DNA from: an uncultured Bdellovibrio sp.
GTDB taxonomy: Bacteria > Bdellovibrionota > Bdellovibrionia > Bdellovibrionales > Bdellovibrionaceae
DNA length: 64,000 bases
Direction of reading: 5' to 3'
Assembly (NCBI GenBank): GCA_963932905.1
Contig: CAWVRN010000022.1
Span: 11,182-75,181 of the forward strand
The notes beneath the pieces were generated by a model that was not told where the DNA came from, searched no databases, and saw only the letters and a list, made by a program, of their open reading frames with translations. The position numbers and the translations under genes are program-made. Below, in pieces: positions 9,385 through 19,296 of the stretch (position 1 is its first letter; every line of letters begins with the position of its first letter).

Positions 9385-9551
9385 CCTATTTTCATAAAGC
9401 ATTTTTCTGCTTCGTTCATTTTTTTCATTCTTATCATTTACTTAACTGTTTTGGCTTCTCATTAAAATTTGTTGTTGTCGTTCTTGCTCCTTAGATCACC
9501 TCAATGGCTGTCGTAGTGGCGGCTTCTAACACAAACAAAGGAGGTGCATCT

Positions 9552-9758
9552 ATGAATGCAAAACAAAATAGAGAGCAAACAAAACATCGGACACAGCTAA
9601 ATCTAGCGCTGATCACGTTAGAAAAAGCTGAGCCGCGCTCAATCTGGCAAAAAATCAAATCAGTGCTTTCAACATCTGATTTAGATTTTGAAAATTGGCA
9701 GCGACTGGAGTCAAAAAAATTTAAACATGGTTTCTCCGACCAGAGGAGGAATCAATAA
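9552..9758 (+). CDS. Hypothetical protein, first gene of the transfer operon
   Basis: Strong AAGGAGGTG SD before ATG 9552; coupled to the next gene. Confidence 0.65.
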   Translation: MNAKQNREQTKHRTQLNLALITLEKAEPRSIWQKIKSVLSTSDLDFENWQRLESKKFKHGFSDQRRNQ

Positions 9759-10009
9759 TGTCCCGTACATTAAAAGATAAAAGACCTATTTATCGCCGTG
9801 ATGATGAACCCATTTACAAAACTCATGAGGAACCTGTTTTAAAACGACGATTTCTTAACTTCAGAAAATCAGGACCACGCCTGGACGGAGAAGAGTGTCC
9901 AGAATGTGGCGGGCTTACACACTTTCAAAGTGGTTATCTAACTTGCTGTGAGTGCGGCTGGACAGAAGATGTAGTTGATATGTGTGATTTGGAAAGGTTC
10001 GCCGTATGA
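9758..10009 (+). CDS. Small zinc-ribbon protein
   Basis: CPECGG...CCECGW; GGAGG SD; overlapping start and stop codons on both sides. Confidence 0.7.
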   Translation: MSRTLKDKRPIYRRDDEPIYKTHEEPVLKRRFLNFRKSGPRLDGEECPECGGLTHFQSGYLTCCECGWTEDVVDMCDLERFAV

Positions 10010-10419
10010 GTAAGCGAGCAGATTTTCCTTTTAGCAACGTAATTCCCATCAGAAAAACAGATCACTTTGGCGTATACACCGGCGATGTGCTTCCAAGCGG
10101 TGAAGTTATTGAAGGAGAAAGTGTTGGAATTGCTTTTTTAAAACAAGGCAGCAAGAAATTTCGTCTTAAACTCTTTGTTTATCCGAACAATAGCTACTTC
10201 GTCGTTCCCGACGACAAAGACGACGCCAAGTACATCGTTCTAAGCCTAGAGGAATACCAGCTTTCCGGGGGCGAAACACGTTCGCATTGGAACCGGATCG
10301 GCGAAGGAAAACTTACCGGAAGCTTTATCGCGCTTCGACTACAGCTCATTCCGGAGCCGCTATTCCTGTGTCTATTTCCAGAAAAAAATATCGCCGAGGA
10401 GGACGCAATTGCATCTTAA
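10006..10419 (+). CDS. Hypothetical protein
   Basis: 137-aa ORF with ATGA coupling inside the operon. Confidence 0.65.
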   Translation: MSKRADFPFSNVIPIRKTDHFGVYTGDVLPSGEVIEGESVGIAFLKQGSKKFRLKLFVYPNNSYFVVPDDKDDAKYIVLSLEEYQLSGGETRSHWNRIGEGKLTGSFIALRLQLIPEPLFLCLFPEKNIAEEDAIAS

Positions 10420-10456
10420 TCAATTTACTCAAAACAAAAATATAGGAGGTGAAAAT

Positions 10457-10741
10457 ATGAATCGAAAACAATTCTTTTTCTATGCCGTACTCACAGCTAT
10501 GATCTTTATCGTTCCAGAGATTGGCCTAGCGAGTGTGGAATCTTCGCTTATGGGGATTCAAACAAAGCTCACGCGAGTAATTCTACCGTCGCTCTCGATC
10601 TGCGCCATTGCCTGGGCTGCATTTTCAATGATGTCCGGCAATGACAAATCAAAAACGCATCTTTGGTATGCGATTATTGCAACGATTGTGGGCTTCGGGG
10701 CGGAATCCATCGTTAATTTTATATCAACGACGGTGCGCTAA
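10457..10741 (+). CDS. TrbC/VirB2-like conjugative pilin
   Basis: GGAGGTG SD; leader ending PEIGLA followed by two hydrophobic helices; sits before VirB3/VirB4-like genes. Confidence 0.75.
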   Translation: MNRKQFFFYAVLTAMIFIVPEIGLASVESSLMGIQTKLTRVILPSLSICAIAWAAFSMMSGNDKSKTHLWYAIIATIVGFGAESIVNFISTTVR

Positions 10742-11064
10742 TGAGTAACGAATCAATTCTAACTTCGACCGTGCCACGCACGCTAGAAACAAAAAACAAA
10801 ATTTTAGGATTGGAACTTTCAGACGTTCTTGTCCTTCTTCTTAACCTTTCAGCGCAAAACCTAGTTTTTGGGTCAACAAGTTTTAAAATTCCGATGGTGT
10901 TTGGAACAAGTTTATTTCTTGGGCTAACTCTTTTCTTTTTCAAAAAAGGAAAGCCCGATCACTACCTTCAACACTTCGTTGAGCATTTCATTTCACCAAC
11001 GGTTTTCGCGGCGAACGCAATTGATCTTCAATACCGCAGATTTAACAAAGGGGGTAAGTTATGA
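10741..11064 (+). CDS. VirB3-like membrane protein
   Basis: VPRTL...KILGLE..D plus two TM segments, directly upstream of the VirB4 ATPase. Confidence 0.7.
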   Translation: MSNESILTSTVPRTLETKNKILGLELSDVLVLLLNLSAQNLVFGSTSFKIPMVFGTSLFLGLTLFFFKKGKPDHYLQHFVEHFISPTVFAANAIDLQYRRFNKGGKL

Positions 11065-13523
11065 TTGAAGCTGCATTGTGTGAACAACTTCCATTTTGGG
11101 AATTTGAACAAAACCCGATTCCTCATGCCATTTTATCGGACGGCTCTATTTCGGCTGGTATCGAGCTTTTGCCACTAGATATTGAATGCTTTGATGAATC
11201 CAGAATCAATCAACTGACATTAGGATTAAGAGCGTTTACCAACTCGCTACCAGAAGGAACCACGGCGCAATTTTTAGTAAAGGTTGAATCTGACATTGAA
11301 GAAGTTCTTAAAAAACACTGTGACTTAGTTTCTACTGAAAATGAATTTTTAAAACACCTTGACGAAAAGCGATCACTACACTTATTCGATCAAATTCAGT
11401 CAGAATCTATTTTTCGACCAAGGCTTTTCTTTTTCCTAAGAACGTCTGGTGTTCAAAAGCCCAAGGCGCTTTCTTTCGGTAAAACTAAAACATTTTCAAT
11501 GGAATTTGAAAAAAGTCATGAAGATCGGATTCAGACTCTAGGTCAGGCCATTGAAGGTGCGTCTGGCCTTCTTTCATCACTTGGGTTTACGACAACTCGC
11601 TGCGAGCGAGAGGATCTTATTCAAATCCTTTACAGCTATTTTAACCCTAAACGATCCAAGGAAATCGAAAAGCCGCATGTTTCAATAAAATCAACCGATT
11701 TAGACGACATTTCCCCAAGGGCACAAATTGTGTTTGGCGATCTGATTCTTGATCGTGAAGATTTTATTTTAGATCAGCGTCGGACTAGAGTCCTCACTTT
11801 AAAAACGCTTCCTGAAATGACTTTCGGTGGAATGATGAGCTCTTTTCTGGCTTTGCCATTTAAATATGAACTAATTTTTTCGTTTCGTATCCAGGACCAA
11901 GCGAGTGAGATAAAAGTATTAGAAAGTAAACGCCGTATGGCACATTCGCTTTCCAGCACAGCAAGCAATAGAGTCTCAGATTTGGAGAGCGAATCAAGGC
12001 TTTCACAAACGACTGATCTTCTACGTGAGCTGATCGAAACTGGTCAGCGCATTTACCAAGCTGAAATGATAGTGATTCTTCGTGAATCAGCAAGTATCGA
12101 AGGTGAAAAGAAATTAAACTTACGAACGAAAGAAGTTTTGTCGCGGTTTAAAACCTTAAGTGGCTCTGAAGGAATTCAAGAAACCGTCGGTGCTTGGAAA
12201 ACATTTAAATCAGATTTACCTTTGGCCCCGCTAAGTCTTGTACGCGCGAAAGCCATGAAGACAAACAATCTTGTTGATTTTCTTCCGCTCTACGGAGCTG
12301 CCACAGGTGACGATAATCCGGTTTGTTTAACAAAGACTCGGCTCGGAACACTGTATTCTTATGATCCCTATTCATCTCGTCTTAGCAACTACAATGTGCT
12401 TACGACAGGTTCTAGCGGATCAGGAAAAAGCTTTGCAAATAATTTTTTGATGCTTCAGCAGATCGCGCGCGGCAGCAGACTATATGTGATCGACATTGGT
12501 GGATCATACAAAAAGATGACCGAGGTTTTAGGTGGCCAGTATTTTGAGATCAATCTTTCTGGCACATACGTCATTAATCCTTTTGAATTGTTAAATCCAG
12601 CCGAACCTCCAAGTGGAGATCGCCTTAAAGGCTTTGTCAGCATCATCGAGCAAATGGTCGTCGATCAGGGTGAAAAATTAAACCGTTTTGATCGAGTTCA
12701 GCTAGAGGCGGCATTGACGGCAGTGTTTGAAAAAGCCCGGAAAGAATCCAAACCTCGCTCGCCTTTACTCACGGATCTTGCAAAACATTGCCTGAACGAT
12801 TCTGAAGAAAGTTTAAAACGAATTGGAAAGCTTCTTTTCCCGTGGGTTGGTAAAACTCCCTATGGAAAATTGCTTGATGGCGAGGGAAAAATTGCAGTTG
12901 ATAAATCTGTCGTAGCCTTCGACCTGAAAGGACTTTCGCAGTACCCGGATCTTCAATCAGTGATGATTCTGATTTTGACAAACTTCATTTTAGAGCAAGT
13001 CGAAACTAATCGCACAGTTCCAAAGCGCGTTTTATTAGATGAGGCCTGGGAGCTTTTAAAAAGTCCAGCAGCAAGTTCTTTTATGGAATATGCCGCACGC
13101 ACGTTTCGTAAAACTGGAAGCGGAATCACATTCATTACCCAAGGCGTGGAAGAGATTATTGCAAGCGGAATGGGGCCAGCGATTTTAAATAACACGGCCA
13201 CAAAACTTGTAATGCTCCAAAAGGGCGACACGAATGTTCTGCGCGAAGCTTTAAAGCTCAATTCACAAGAGCTTAGGCTTATTCAAAGCTTAGAGCAAAG
13301 AAAAGGACTATTTAGTGAAGGCTTTTTAATGGAGGGTGAAAGCCGTCAGATTATCCGAATTGAACCATCACCACTGGAATATTGGATTTCGACTTCTGAT
13401 GCTCGTGATAATCAGTTTTTAAATCAATTGCGTGATAAGGGCCACTCGCTTGAGTCAGCTTTATTGAAAGCGGCAGAGCTTGCGCCATTCGGAGTTTCTT
13501 CCATGAAGGCGGTGGCCGCATGA
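11061..13523 (+). CDS. virB4: VirB4/TraC-family conjugative ATPase
   Basis: 820 aa; Walker A GSSGSGKS, VIDIGGSY, INPF, LLDEAW, RTFRK, ITQ. Confidence 0.92.
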   Translation: MIEAALCEQLPFWEFEQNPIPHAILSDGSISAGIELLPLDIECFDESRINQLTLGLRAFTNSLPEGTTAQFLVKVESDIEEVLKKHCDLVSTENEFLKHLDEKRSLHLFDQIQSESIFRPRLFFFLRTSGVQKPKALSFGKTKTFSMEFEKSHEDRIQTLGQAIEGASGLLSSLGFTTTRCEREDLIQILYSYFNPKRSKEIEKPHVSIKSTDLDDISPRAQIVFGDLILDREDFILDQRRTRVLTLKTLPEMTFGGMMSSFLALPFKYELIFSFRIQDQASEIKVLESKRRMAHSLSSTASNRVSDLESESRLSQTTDLLRELIETGQRIYQAEMIVILRESASIEGEKKLNLRTKEVLSRFKTLSGSEGIQETVGAWKTFKSDLPLAPLSLVRAKAMKTNNLVDFLPLYGAATGDDNPVCLTKTRLGTLYSYDPYSSRLSNYNVLTTGSSGSGKSFANNFLMLQQIARGSRLYVIDIGGSYKKMTEVLGGQYFEINLSGTYVINPFELLNPAEPPSGDRLKGFVSIIEQMVVDQGEKLNRFDRVQLEAALTAVFEKARKESKPRSPLLTDLAKHCLNDSEESLKRIGKLLFPWVGKTPYGKLLDGEGKIAVDKSVVAFDLKGLSQYPDLQSVMILILTNFILEQVETNRTVPKRVLLDEAWELLKSPAASSFMEYAARTFRKTGSGITFITQGVEEIIASGMGPAILNNTATKLVMLQKGDTNVLREALKLNSQELRLIQSLEQRKGLFSEGFLMEGESRQIIRIEPSPLEYWISTSDARDNQFLNQLRDKGHSLESALLKAAELAPFGVSSMKAVAA

Positions 13524-14221
13524 AAAAGAAATTTGTCGCAATTTCGTTGTGCTTTTCCATGATGCTTTCCCCAAGGGCCGCGAAAGCGGACCTCTTTGGC
13601 GGAGATGTTGCCGTTCTTCTTCAAATTCTTGCGCAGGCCATTCAAACCGTTACGACACTTCAAAGCGTTTTAGAAAACGGCAAAGATTCCCTTAATCTTA
13701 TGCGCGATCTAAATGCTGGGATTAGAAGTGGTATTGATGTCATTCGTATCATCAATCCTAACTTCAATCCAGGTGTCTATGGGGATTTAAAAGATGCTGA
13801 TCGTGTGCTTGCTGCGATTGAAGCTGTCTATGGAATTGTACCAAAAGGCATGGACGAAGACCTTATGCGTTCGCAAGATCAAAGCGTTTCTGAAGTTATC
13901 GCTATGAATCGTAATCTTTACGACTACGCCGATCAAGTGGACCTCGAGCGTGACAAAATTATTTATCACGCTCAAGTCGTTAGCCCCCAAGGGGCTGGCA
14001 AGCTTCAAAACCAAGCTTTAGGCGTTCTAATCGGGGTCACTACGCAGCTTCTTCGCACGCAAAGTCAAATGCTCAAACTCATGGCGCAAAACATGGCCTA
14101 TGACACGCGACAGGAAAAGCTATCAACACAGAACTTTCAGGAAAACTATCAGGGGCTCTCGAAAGGGTTTGAAAGTTTACCGAAAGACACAAAGCTTCCG
14201 CGCTTAGGTGGTGGCAAATGA
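13520..14221 (+). CDS. VirB5/TrbJ-like exported protein
   Basis: Signal peptide ending AKA; helical Q/L-rich sequence; lies between VirB4 and a VirB6-like gene. Confidence 0.55.
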   Translation: MKKKFVAISLCFSMMLSPRAAKADLFGGDVAVLLQILAQAIQTVTTLQSVLENGKDSLNLMRDLNAGIRSGIDVIRIINPNFNPGVYGDLKDADRVLAAIEAVYGIVPKGMDEDLMRSQDQSVSEVIAMNRNLYDYADQVDLERDKIIYHAQVVSPQGAGKLQNQALGVLIGVTTQLLRTQSQMLKLMAQNMAYDTRQEKLSTQNFQENYQGLSKGFESLPKDTKLPRLGGGK

Positions 14222-15093
14222 TGCCAAATCTTGAAGTGCTCGGAACTTTAGTGCGCGAGCTGTACCAAGGGTTAAGCCAGCTTTTCTATCTGATGTTGCC
14301 TGTTGCGATTTTATTTTCAGTGGTCTTTGGCTTTTTGAAGTCAGGTGATCCAAATTATCCAGACATTCTGAAGCGGGCTTTTGTTGCAGCACTTCTTATT
14401 GTTTCATTTCCTGAAGTTTCAAATCTTATTCTGGATGTTTGTGATGGTATAGCTTCAAAAATTGACGATATGTCGGGCCTTGAAGCTTTTATGAAGATTG
14501 CGCAAGAGAAATCACTTGGATATGCCGCCGCCAAGAAAATTCTGCTGCTAAAATTCGATGGCTTTTTTATGGCGATTTTAAGTTTTGCAAGCTTTGCTCT
14601 ACTCTATATCGCAAAGTATTTGACGGTTGTTCTTTACTATTTTTATTGGGGACTTTTGTCGATTGCAGCACCTCTGATGATTCTTTGCTATATGTTTCCA
14701 GCAACAGCCAACATCACTGTGAATCTCTACAAGGGTCTAATTGAAGTTGCGTCATGGAAAATTATCTGGGCGATTTTATCGGCCATGCTGAAATCAATTT
14801 CGTTTGGATTCATCTATGAAAATGAGCAATCCTATCTGCCACTTGTAGCCATGAATTTTATTATTGCTATCGCTCTACTTTTTACTCCAAGGATTTTGAA
14901 ATCATTAATTGGTGAAGGTGTTCAATCAACAGCAGCAAATATCGGAGCAACAGCCGTTTCGGGTGTAATGACTGCTATCACGCCAGCGGCAAAATTAGCA
15001 CAAGGAGCAAAGCTTTCGCAAGTCATCATGCCGCGAGCGTGGAGTGTTCCTAATCAAAAATTCAAACCAACAACAACAAACAAACGACCTTAA
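14218..15093 (+). CDS. VirB6/TrbL-like polytopic membrane protein
   Basis: About 6 TM segments, APLMI motif, A/G-rich tail; gene order. Confidence 0.65.
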   Translation: MMPNLEVLGTLVRELYQGLSQLFYLMLPVAILFSVVFGFLKSGDPNYPDILKRAFVAALLIVSFPEVSNLILDVCDGIASKIDDMSGLEAFMKIAQEKSLGYAAAKKILLLKFDGFFMAILSFASFALLYIAKYLTVVLYYFYWGLLSIAAPLMILCYMFPATANITVNLYKGLIEVASWKIIWAILSAMLKSISFGFIYENEQSYLPLVAMNFIIAIALLFTPRILKSLIGEGVQSTAANIGATAVSGVMTAITPAAKLAQGAKLSQVIMPRAWSVPNQKFKPTTTNKRP

Positions 15094-15113
15094 CGGTCAA
15101 AGGAGGTATTTTT

Positions 15114-15704
15114 ATGAAAGATAAAATTTCAATCCAACTTAGTTCATACCCAAAAGCCATGCGAGAATTTGCCGAAGAAAATTTAAATATCAAATTTCTT
15201 CTAAGCGCATTGCTTGCGGTTACATTTTTAATGCTGATTTTAGTGCTTTACCTTACTAAGCAAGGCCCAAAGGTGATCGCACTTGAAAGTAGTGGCGCAA
15301 TCGCTACGATTGAAACCAAAGTCACCGATGCGCAAATTGAATCGGCTGCGAAAGAGTACATTCGTCACCGCTATTCATGGAATGAGCAAACTATTTCCGA
15401 AGAGCTATCAAAAGCAAAATTTTTTGTTTTGCCGTCGCTAGCCTCAGCGTTTGAACGCTCGATGCAAGAGACAATGAAGTTCGTTCGAGAAAAGAAAGTT
15501 CGACAGCGTGTTTATCCAAAGACCATCACAGTTGATCTAAAAGAAAAACGAATTAGTGTTTTAGCGGATCGAATTACAGAGTTTGATAACCTGAAGGCTG
15601 CAACCGAGCTTAGGCTTTCTCTTCAGTTCACAATTGATGATCGAACTGTCATTAATCCGTGGGGTGTGTATGTAACAAAAGAAACTGAGGAGGCTACACT
15701 ATGA
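15114..15704 (+). CDS. VirB8/TrbF-like protein
   Basis: Single N-terminal TM and the C-terminal RTVINPWGVYV signature. Confidence 0.75.
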   Translation: MKDKISIQLSSYPKAMREFAEENLNIKFLLSALLAVTFLMLILVLYLTKQGPKVIALESSGAIATIETKVTDAQIESAAKEYIRHRYSWNEQTISEELSKAKFFVLPSLASAFERSMQETMKFVREKKVRQRVYPKTITVDLKEKRISVLADRITEFDNLKAATELRLSLQFTIDDRTVINPWGVYVTKETEEATL

Positions 15705-16414
15705 GGTTGTATATAATTTCTTTCGTTTTTTCGATTTTTATTACAACAACCGCAAGTATTGCTCAGATCCGAAAAACACACGCCAAAGAAGACGACATCC
15801 TTACAGTTAAAACGGCTTTGGGGATTGCAACGCTCTTGCAACTTCCAGAATCCATTCAATCAGCGATTATTGGTGATCTATCAGGGTTTAAAATCGAGTA
15901 TCTTGAAAAAGCAGTAACGATCAAGCCCCTTCGCTTCGGTGCAAAGACTAATTTGTATCTGGTAACGGGATCTCGGCGCTATAATCTTAGGCTGGTAACT
16001 GGAACTCAAGAGCTAGCTGATTATATCGTGTACTTAAAGAAACCAGAAACACCAAAGCCTGAAACGAAGTGGCGTAATTTTTCTAAATCAGCCACGCAAA
16101 AAAATTTGAAACTTTCAGTTGTTCGAATCGGACAGACGCCAAGTGGATTCATCTTGATGGATGCAATTCTAACTTCGACTCAAGTTCAGCGAATAACAGT
16201 TCGGCCTGAATCTATTTGGATTAAGCAGGCTGGAAACTCAAAAGTCATAAATAGTCTTTTTATGTCCGATTCTAAGGTCGAAAAAGATAAAGCGCTACGG
16301 ATCGGTCTATCGCTAGCTAAGTCTGATTTAGCAGCTGGAAAGCCCATAACAATTGAGGTCAATTCAGAGCAATCTATATCCCTTCAAATCTTGGAGGCTG
16401 AATTATGGAAGTAA
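15701..16414 (+). CDS. VirB9/TrbG-like outer-membrane core protein
   Basis: Signal peptide; TALGIATLLQLP, IKP and KTNLYLVT..RRYNLRL motifs. Confidence 0.75.
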   Translation: MRLYIISFVFSIFITTTASIAQIRKTHAKEDDILTVKTALGIATLLQLPESIQSAIIGDLSGFKIEYLEKAVTIKPLRFGAKTNLYLVTGSRRYNLRLVTGTQELADYIVYLKKPETPKPETKWRNFSKSATQKNLKLSVVRIGQTPSGFILMDAILTSTQVQRITVRPESIWIKQAGNSKVINSLFMSDSKVEKDKALRIGLSLAKSDLAAGKPITIEVNSEQSISLQILEAELWK

Positions 16415-17364
16415 AAAATAAACTCTCCGTTATTAGAGACAAGCTTAAAACATTAAAAAATGGACTAAAAACTTCTGTCATCCAAGAAAATGCATTCAGT
16501 AAAAAATTTGATCTGAATATCAAGACCATAAAACTTTTAGCGATCTTTGGCGTAGTAGTTTTCGTCACCGTTGTATTTATGATTCCAACGGACGTTCCTA
16601 TCGAATTTACGGAAAAGATTGAACGCTCGGATGAAAAGAAACCTGATTCTAACAACTCGCAAAATGCATTGCAAAACCAACAATCAGCTCAAGCGCTATG
16701 GGCAGCACCCAGGGTTTCGATTCCGGGTGGATCAGCAGGAAACCCGGTCAATTACAATACATCAATGATCGTTGGTTCAAAACTCGGTAACGCAAAGACC
16801 GAGCTGCGCTCTGGAATTCGCGTGGCTTTAAGACTTATGGATAAGGTCATAGTTTCTCAAGACCCTGTTCCAATCTTGGCAGAGTCTATCCTTGATTCGG
16901 TTTCTGACTCTGGGTTAAGGCTTCCAGCTGGAACAAAATTCTACGGACAAGCGAGCTTTCAAAAAGGATCTGATCGTGCGCAAATTCGCTTCGATCAAAT
17001 TTCTTTAGCCAGCGGACAAATCAAACGCATTTCAGCATTTGCGCTAGATAAATCAGGACAGGCAGGCATTTCGGGAAAAGTTTTTTCAGATGGAATGAAA
17101 AACGCAACTGGCCAAGTACTTACAACCTTTGTTGGGGGACTTGCCGCAGGAAGCATGCAAACCGATATTAAGGGAAATTCCAAAGGCGGCATTGAAAATG
17201 GACTACTCGGTGCGGTCGCTGCAACTGCACAGACTCGTGCGCAAAACTACGGCGAAAAATTAAAAACCGAAAGAGAATGGATCGAATTAAACCCAGGCAC
17301 CGAGTGTGATGCGGTTTTAAATGATGCTTTCAAATTACAAGAAGGAGGTGAAAATTATGAGTAA
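16405..17364 (+). CDS. VirB10/TrbI-like core protein
   Basis: One TM, low-complexity linker, LPAGTKFYG, DRAQIRF and D.SGQAGI.G motifs. Confidence 0.8.
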   Translation: MEVKNKLSVIRDKLKTLKNGLKTSVIQENAFSKKFDLNIKTIKLLAIFGVVVFVTVVFMIPTDVPIEFTEKIERSDEKKPDSNNSQNALQNQQSAQALWAAPRVSIPGGSAGNPVNYNTSMIVGSKLGNAKTELRSGIRVALRLMDKVIVSQDPVPILAESILDSVSDSGLRLPAGTKFYGQASFQKGSDRAQIRFDQISLASGQIKRISAFALDKSGQAGISGKVFSDGMKNATGQVLTTFVGGLAAGSMQTDIKGNSKGGIENGLLGAVAATAQTRAQNYGEKLKTEREWIELNPGTECDAVLNDAFKLQEGGENYE

Positions 17365-19006
17365 TCAAAAATCAGACATGTCAGATCGTGGTTTTTTAAT
17401 TCTAACCACGGCGCTTGGAGCCGGAATTCTTTGGCTTAAGTATAAACTGCAAATTGTTACGTTTATCGTTAATTGGCGCATAGCAATTGCTTTTACGATT
17501 TCTCTCGGCGCTGTATTTGGTTTTCAATTGCTTCGCAAAAAGCTCAGAGCTAAGAATAAAGATTTAGACTTAGAGAATGAAATTGTGACACCAATAGATG
17601 ACGAAGACGCCGTCTATGCAGGACTTTCAGTTAATGGCAAAAATATCTATGTGAAACAACCATTCAGAAGAATGCACACGCAAGTAGTCGGCACGACAAA
17701 CGCTGGAAAAACTGAATCGGTTATTTTGCCTTGGGCCATTGACGACATTAAAAAACGTCGAGGGCTTTTAATCATTGATGGTAAATCCGACATGAGTCTT
17801 TTAAATAAGCTCTATGCTTATGCCAAAAGACATCATCGTGAAAACGACATTAGAATTTTATCACTTTGTAATGTCGCAATCAGCCACTCTTTTAATCCCT
17901 TAAGCGGAGGCTCAGCACTTGAAATAACAGAGCGCGTTTTTAACGCCTTTAACTTTGAAAATGAATACTTTAAAAGTATTCAGTATGACGTTTTTCTTCA
18001 TTCGTTGCTGATTCTAGAAGCTGTCGGTGTTAAACCGACGCCCTTAAGAATGATCGAATGCATGAAAAATGAAAAAGCTTTAGCAGATCTTGCCATTGCT
18101 TCAAAAAAGCCCCGACTTCAAGTTTGGGCCGGAGAATATCTAAAACTAAACCGTGAAGAGCGAGAGCAAAGAACAAGCGGCCTTGTGGCTCAACTTCAAA
18201 GTTTTGCGGTGGGCGAAACGGCACAGGTGTTTAATACAGAAATTTCAGACATCAACCTTGAGCAAGCGTTAGAGCATAGCGAAATCATTTATTGCCAGCT
18301 TCCAGCTTTGAAAATTCCAACGCTCGGAAAAGCGACTGGCAAAATGATTCTTCAGTGCTTACAAAGCGCGGTATCATCAAGGCACCTTGGGAAATATAAT
18401 AACCAGAGCTTCTTTTCAGTTTACCTTGATGATTTTACAGAATACCTGACGCCAAGTTTTGTGACGCTATTAAATAAATCTCGAAGTGCCAATGTTGGGA
18501 TCGTTTTTGCGCATCAGGCTCTCGGCGATCTTGATGGTCTGGGTGATGGGGTAAAGAACACCATTCTTACAAACTCGAATCTTAAAGTTTTTATGCGTAC
18601 CAATGAACCCGAATCTGCCGAATATTTTTCATCAGTTATTGGCACGATTCAAGGATCAAAAGTAACTGAACGGCAAACTAAAAGTCTTTTCGGAAGTGAA
18701 AAAACTGGTGATGGTTCTATTCGTGAAGTCGAAGAGTTTAAATATCATCCAAATGTCTTTAAGCAGGAGCTTGGCATCGGTGAAGCCGTGATGATTATTC
18801 CTCATGCTCAAGGCAGTCTTCCGATTCGGTTGAAATTCAAAAAATCTTTTGATCTAGATGCGCCTCAAGTTCCGCTCATTCAAAAACCAGAGCCGACGGG
18901 CCTTCCAAAACTTGAAAGCTCAGCTCCGGCGAATCAGCCGCAGACACCCTTGCGTGCTCGTGCGGATGTGATGACGGAGCTAACCCAAGAAAGGAAGGCG
19001 GTATGA
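17357..19006 (+). CDS. VirD4/TraD-like type IV coupling protein
   Basis: Two N-terminal TMs; HTQVVGTTNAGKT, LIIDGK, FNPL, YLDDF, KSRSA, AHQ; GGAGGTG SD before ATG 17357. Confidence 0.88.
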   Translation: MSNQKSDMSDRGFLILTTALGAGILWLKYKLQIVTFIVNWRIAIAFTISLGAVFGFQLLRKKLRAKNKDLDLENEIVTPIDDEDAVYAGLSVNGKNIYVKQPFRRMHTQVVGTTNAGKTESVILPWAIDDIKKRRGLLIIDGKSDMSLLNKLYAYAKRHHRENDIRILSLCNVAISHSFNPLSGGSALEITERVFNAFNFENEYFKSIQYDVFLHSLLILEAVGVKPTPLRMIECMKNEKALADLAIASKKPRLQVWAGEYLKLNREEREQRTSGLVAQLQSFAVGETAQVFNTEISDINLEQALEHSEIIYCQLPALKIPTLGKATGKMILQCLQSAVSSRHLGKYNNQSFFSVYLDDFTEYLTPSFVTLLNKSRSANVGIVFAHQALGDLDGLGDGVKNTILTNSNLKVFMRTNEPESAEYFSSVIGTIQGSKVTERQTKSLFGSEKTGDGSIREVEEFKYHPNVFKQELGIGEAVMIIPHAQGSLPIRLKFKKSFDLDAPQVPLIQKPEPTGLPKLESSAPANQPQTPLRARADVMTELTQERKAV

Positions 19007-19296
19007 TGAAGCGTTTAGTTTTATCACTTCCCTTTGTTTTGGCTAGCTGTGCTCATTCGCCAAAGTGCGGAAATCCAGAGGGCGCAAGAATCATTTTTAC
19101 AGGTAAAAAAACTTGTGAAGTCCGTATTCGCCAGGTGACGATGGGATCAGAGCTTAAAATCCCACAATCACTAAAAGGTGCAGCACTTGCGGATTTTACC
19201 CTAGACTGGATAGAACCAACATTAGAATCTGGCCGGATTGAGCTTGGACACTTTGTTTTAATTCCGTCATCTAACTCAAAGGATCAAGCACGATGA
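19003..19296 (+). CDS. Small lipoprotein (possibly VirB7/TraV-like)
   Basis: Lipobox LASC; coupled within the transfer operon. Confidence 0.55.
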   Translation: MMKRLVLSLPFVLASCAHSPKCGNPEGARIIFTGKKTCEVRIRQVTMGSELKIPQSLKGAALADFTLDWIEPTLESGRIELGHFVLIPSSNSKDQAR

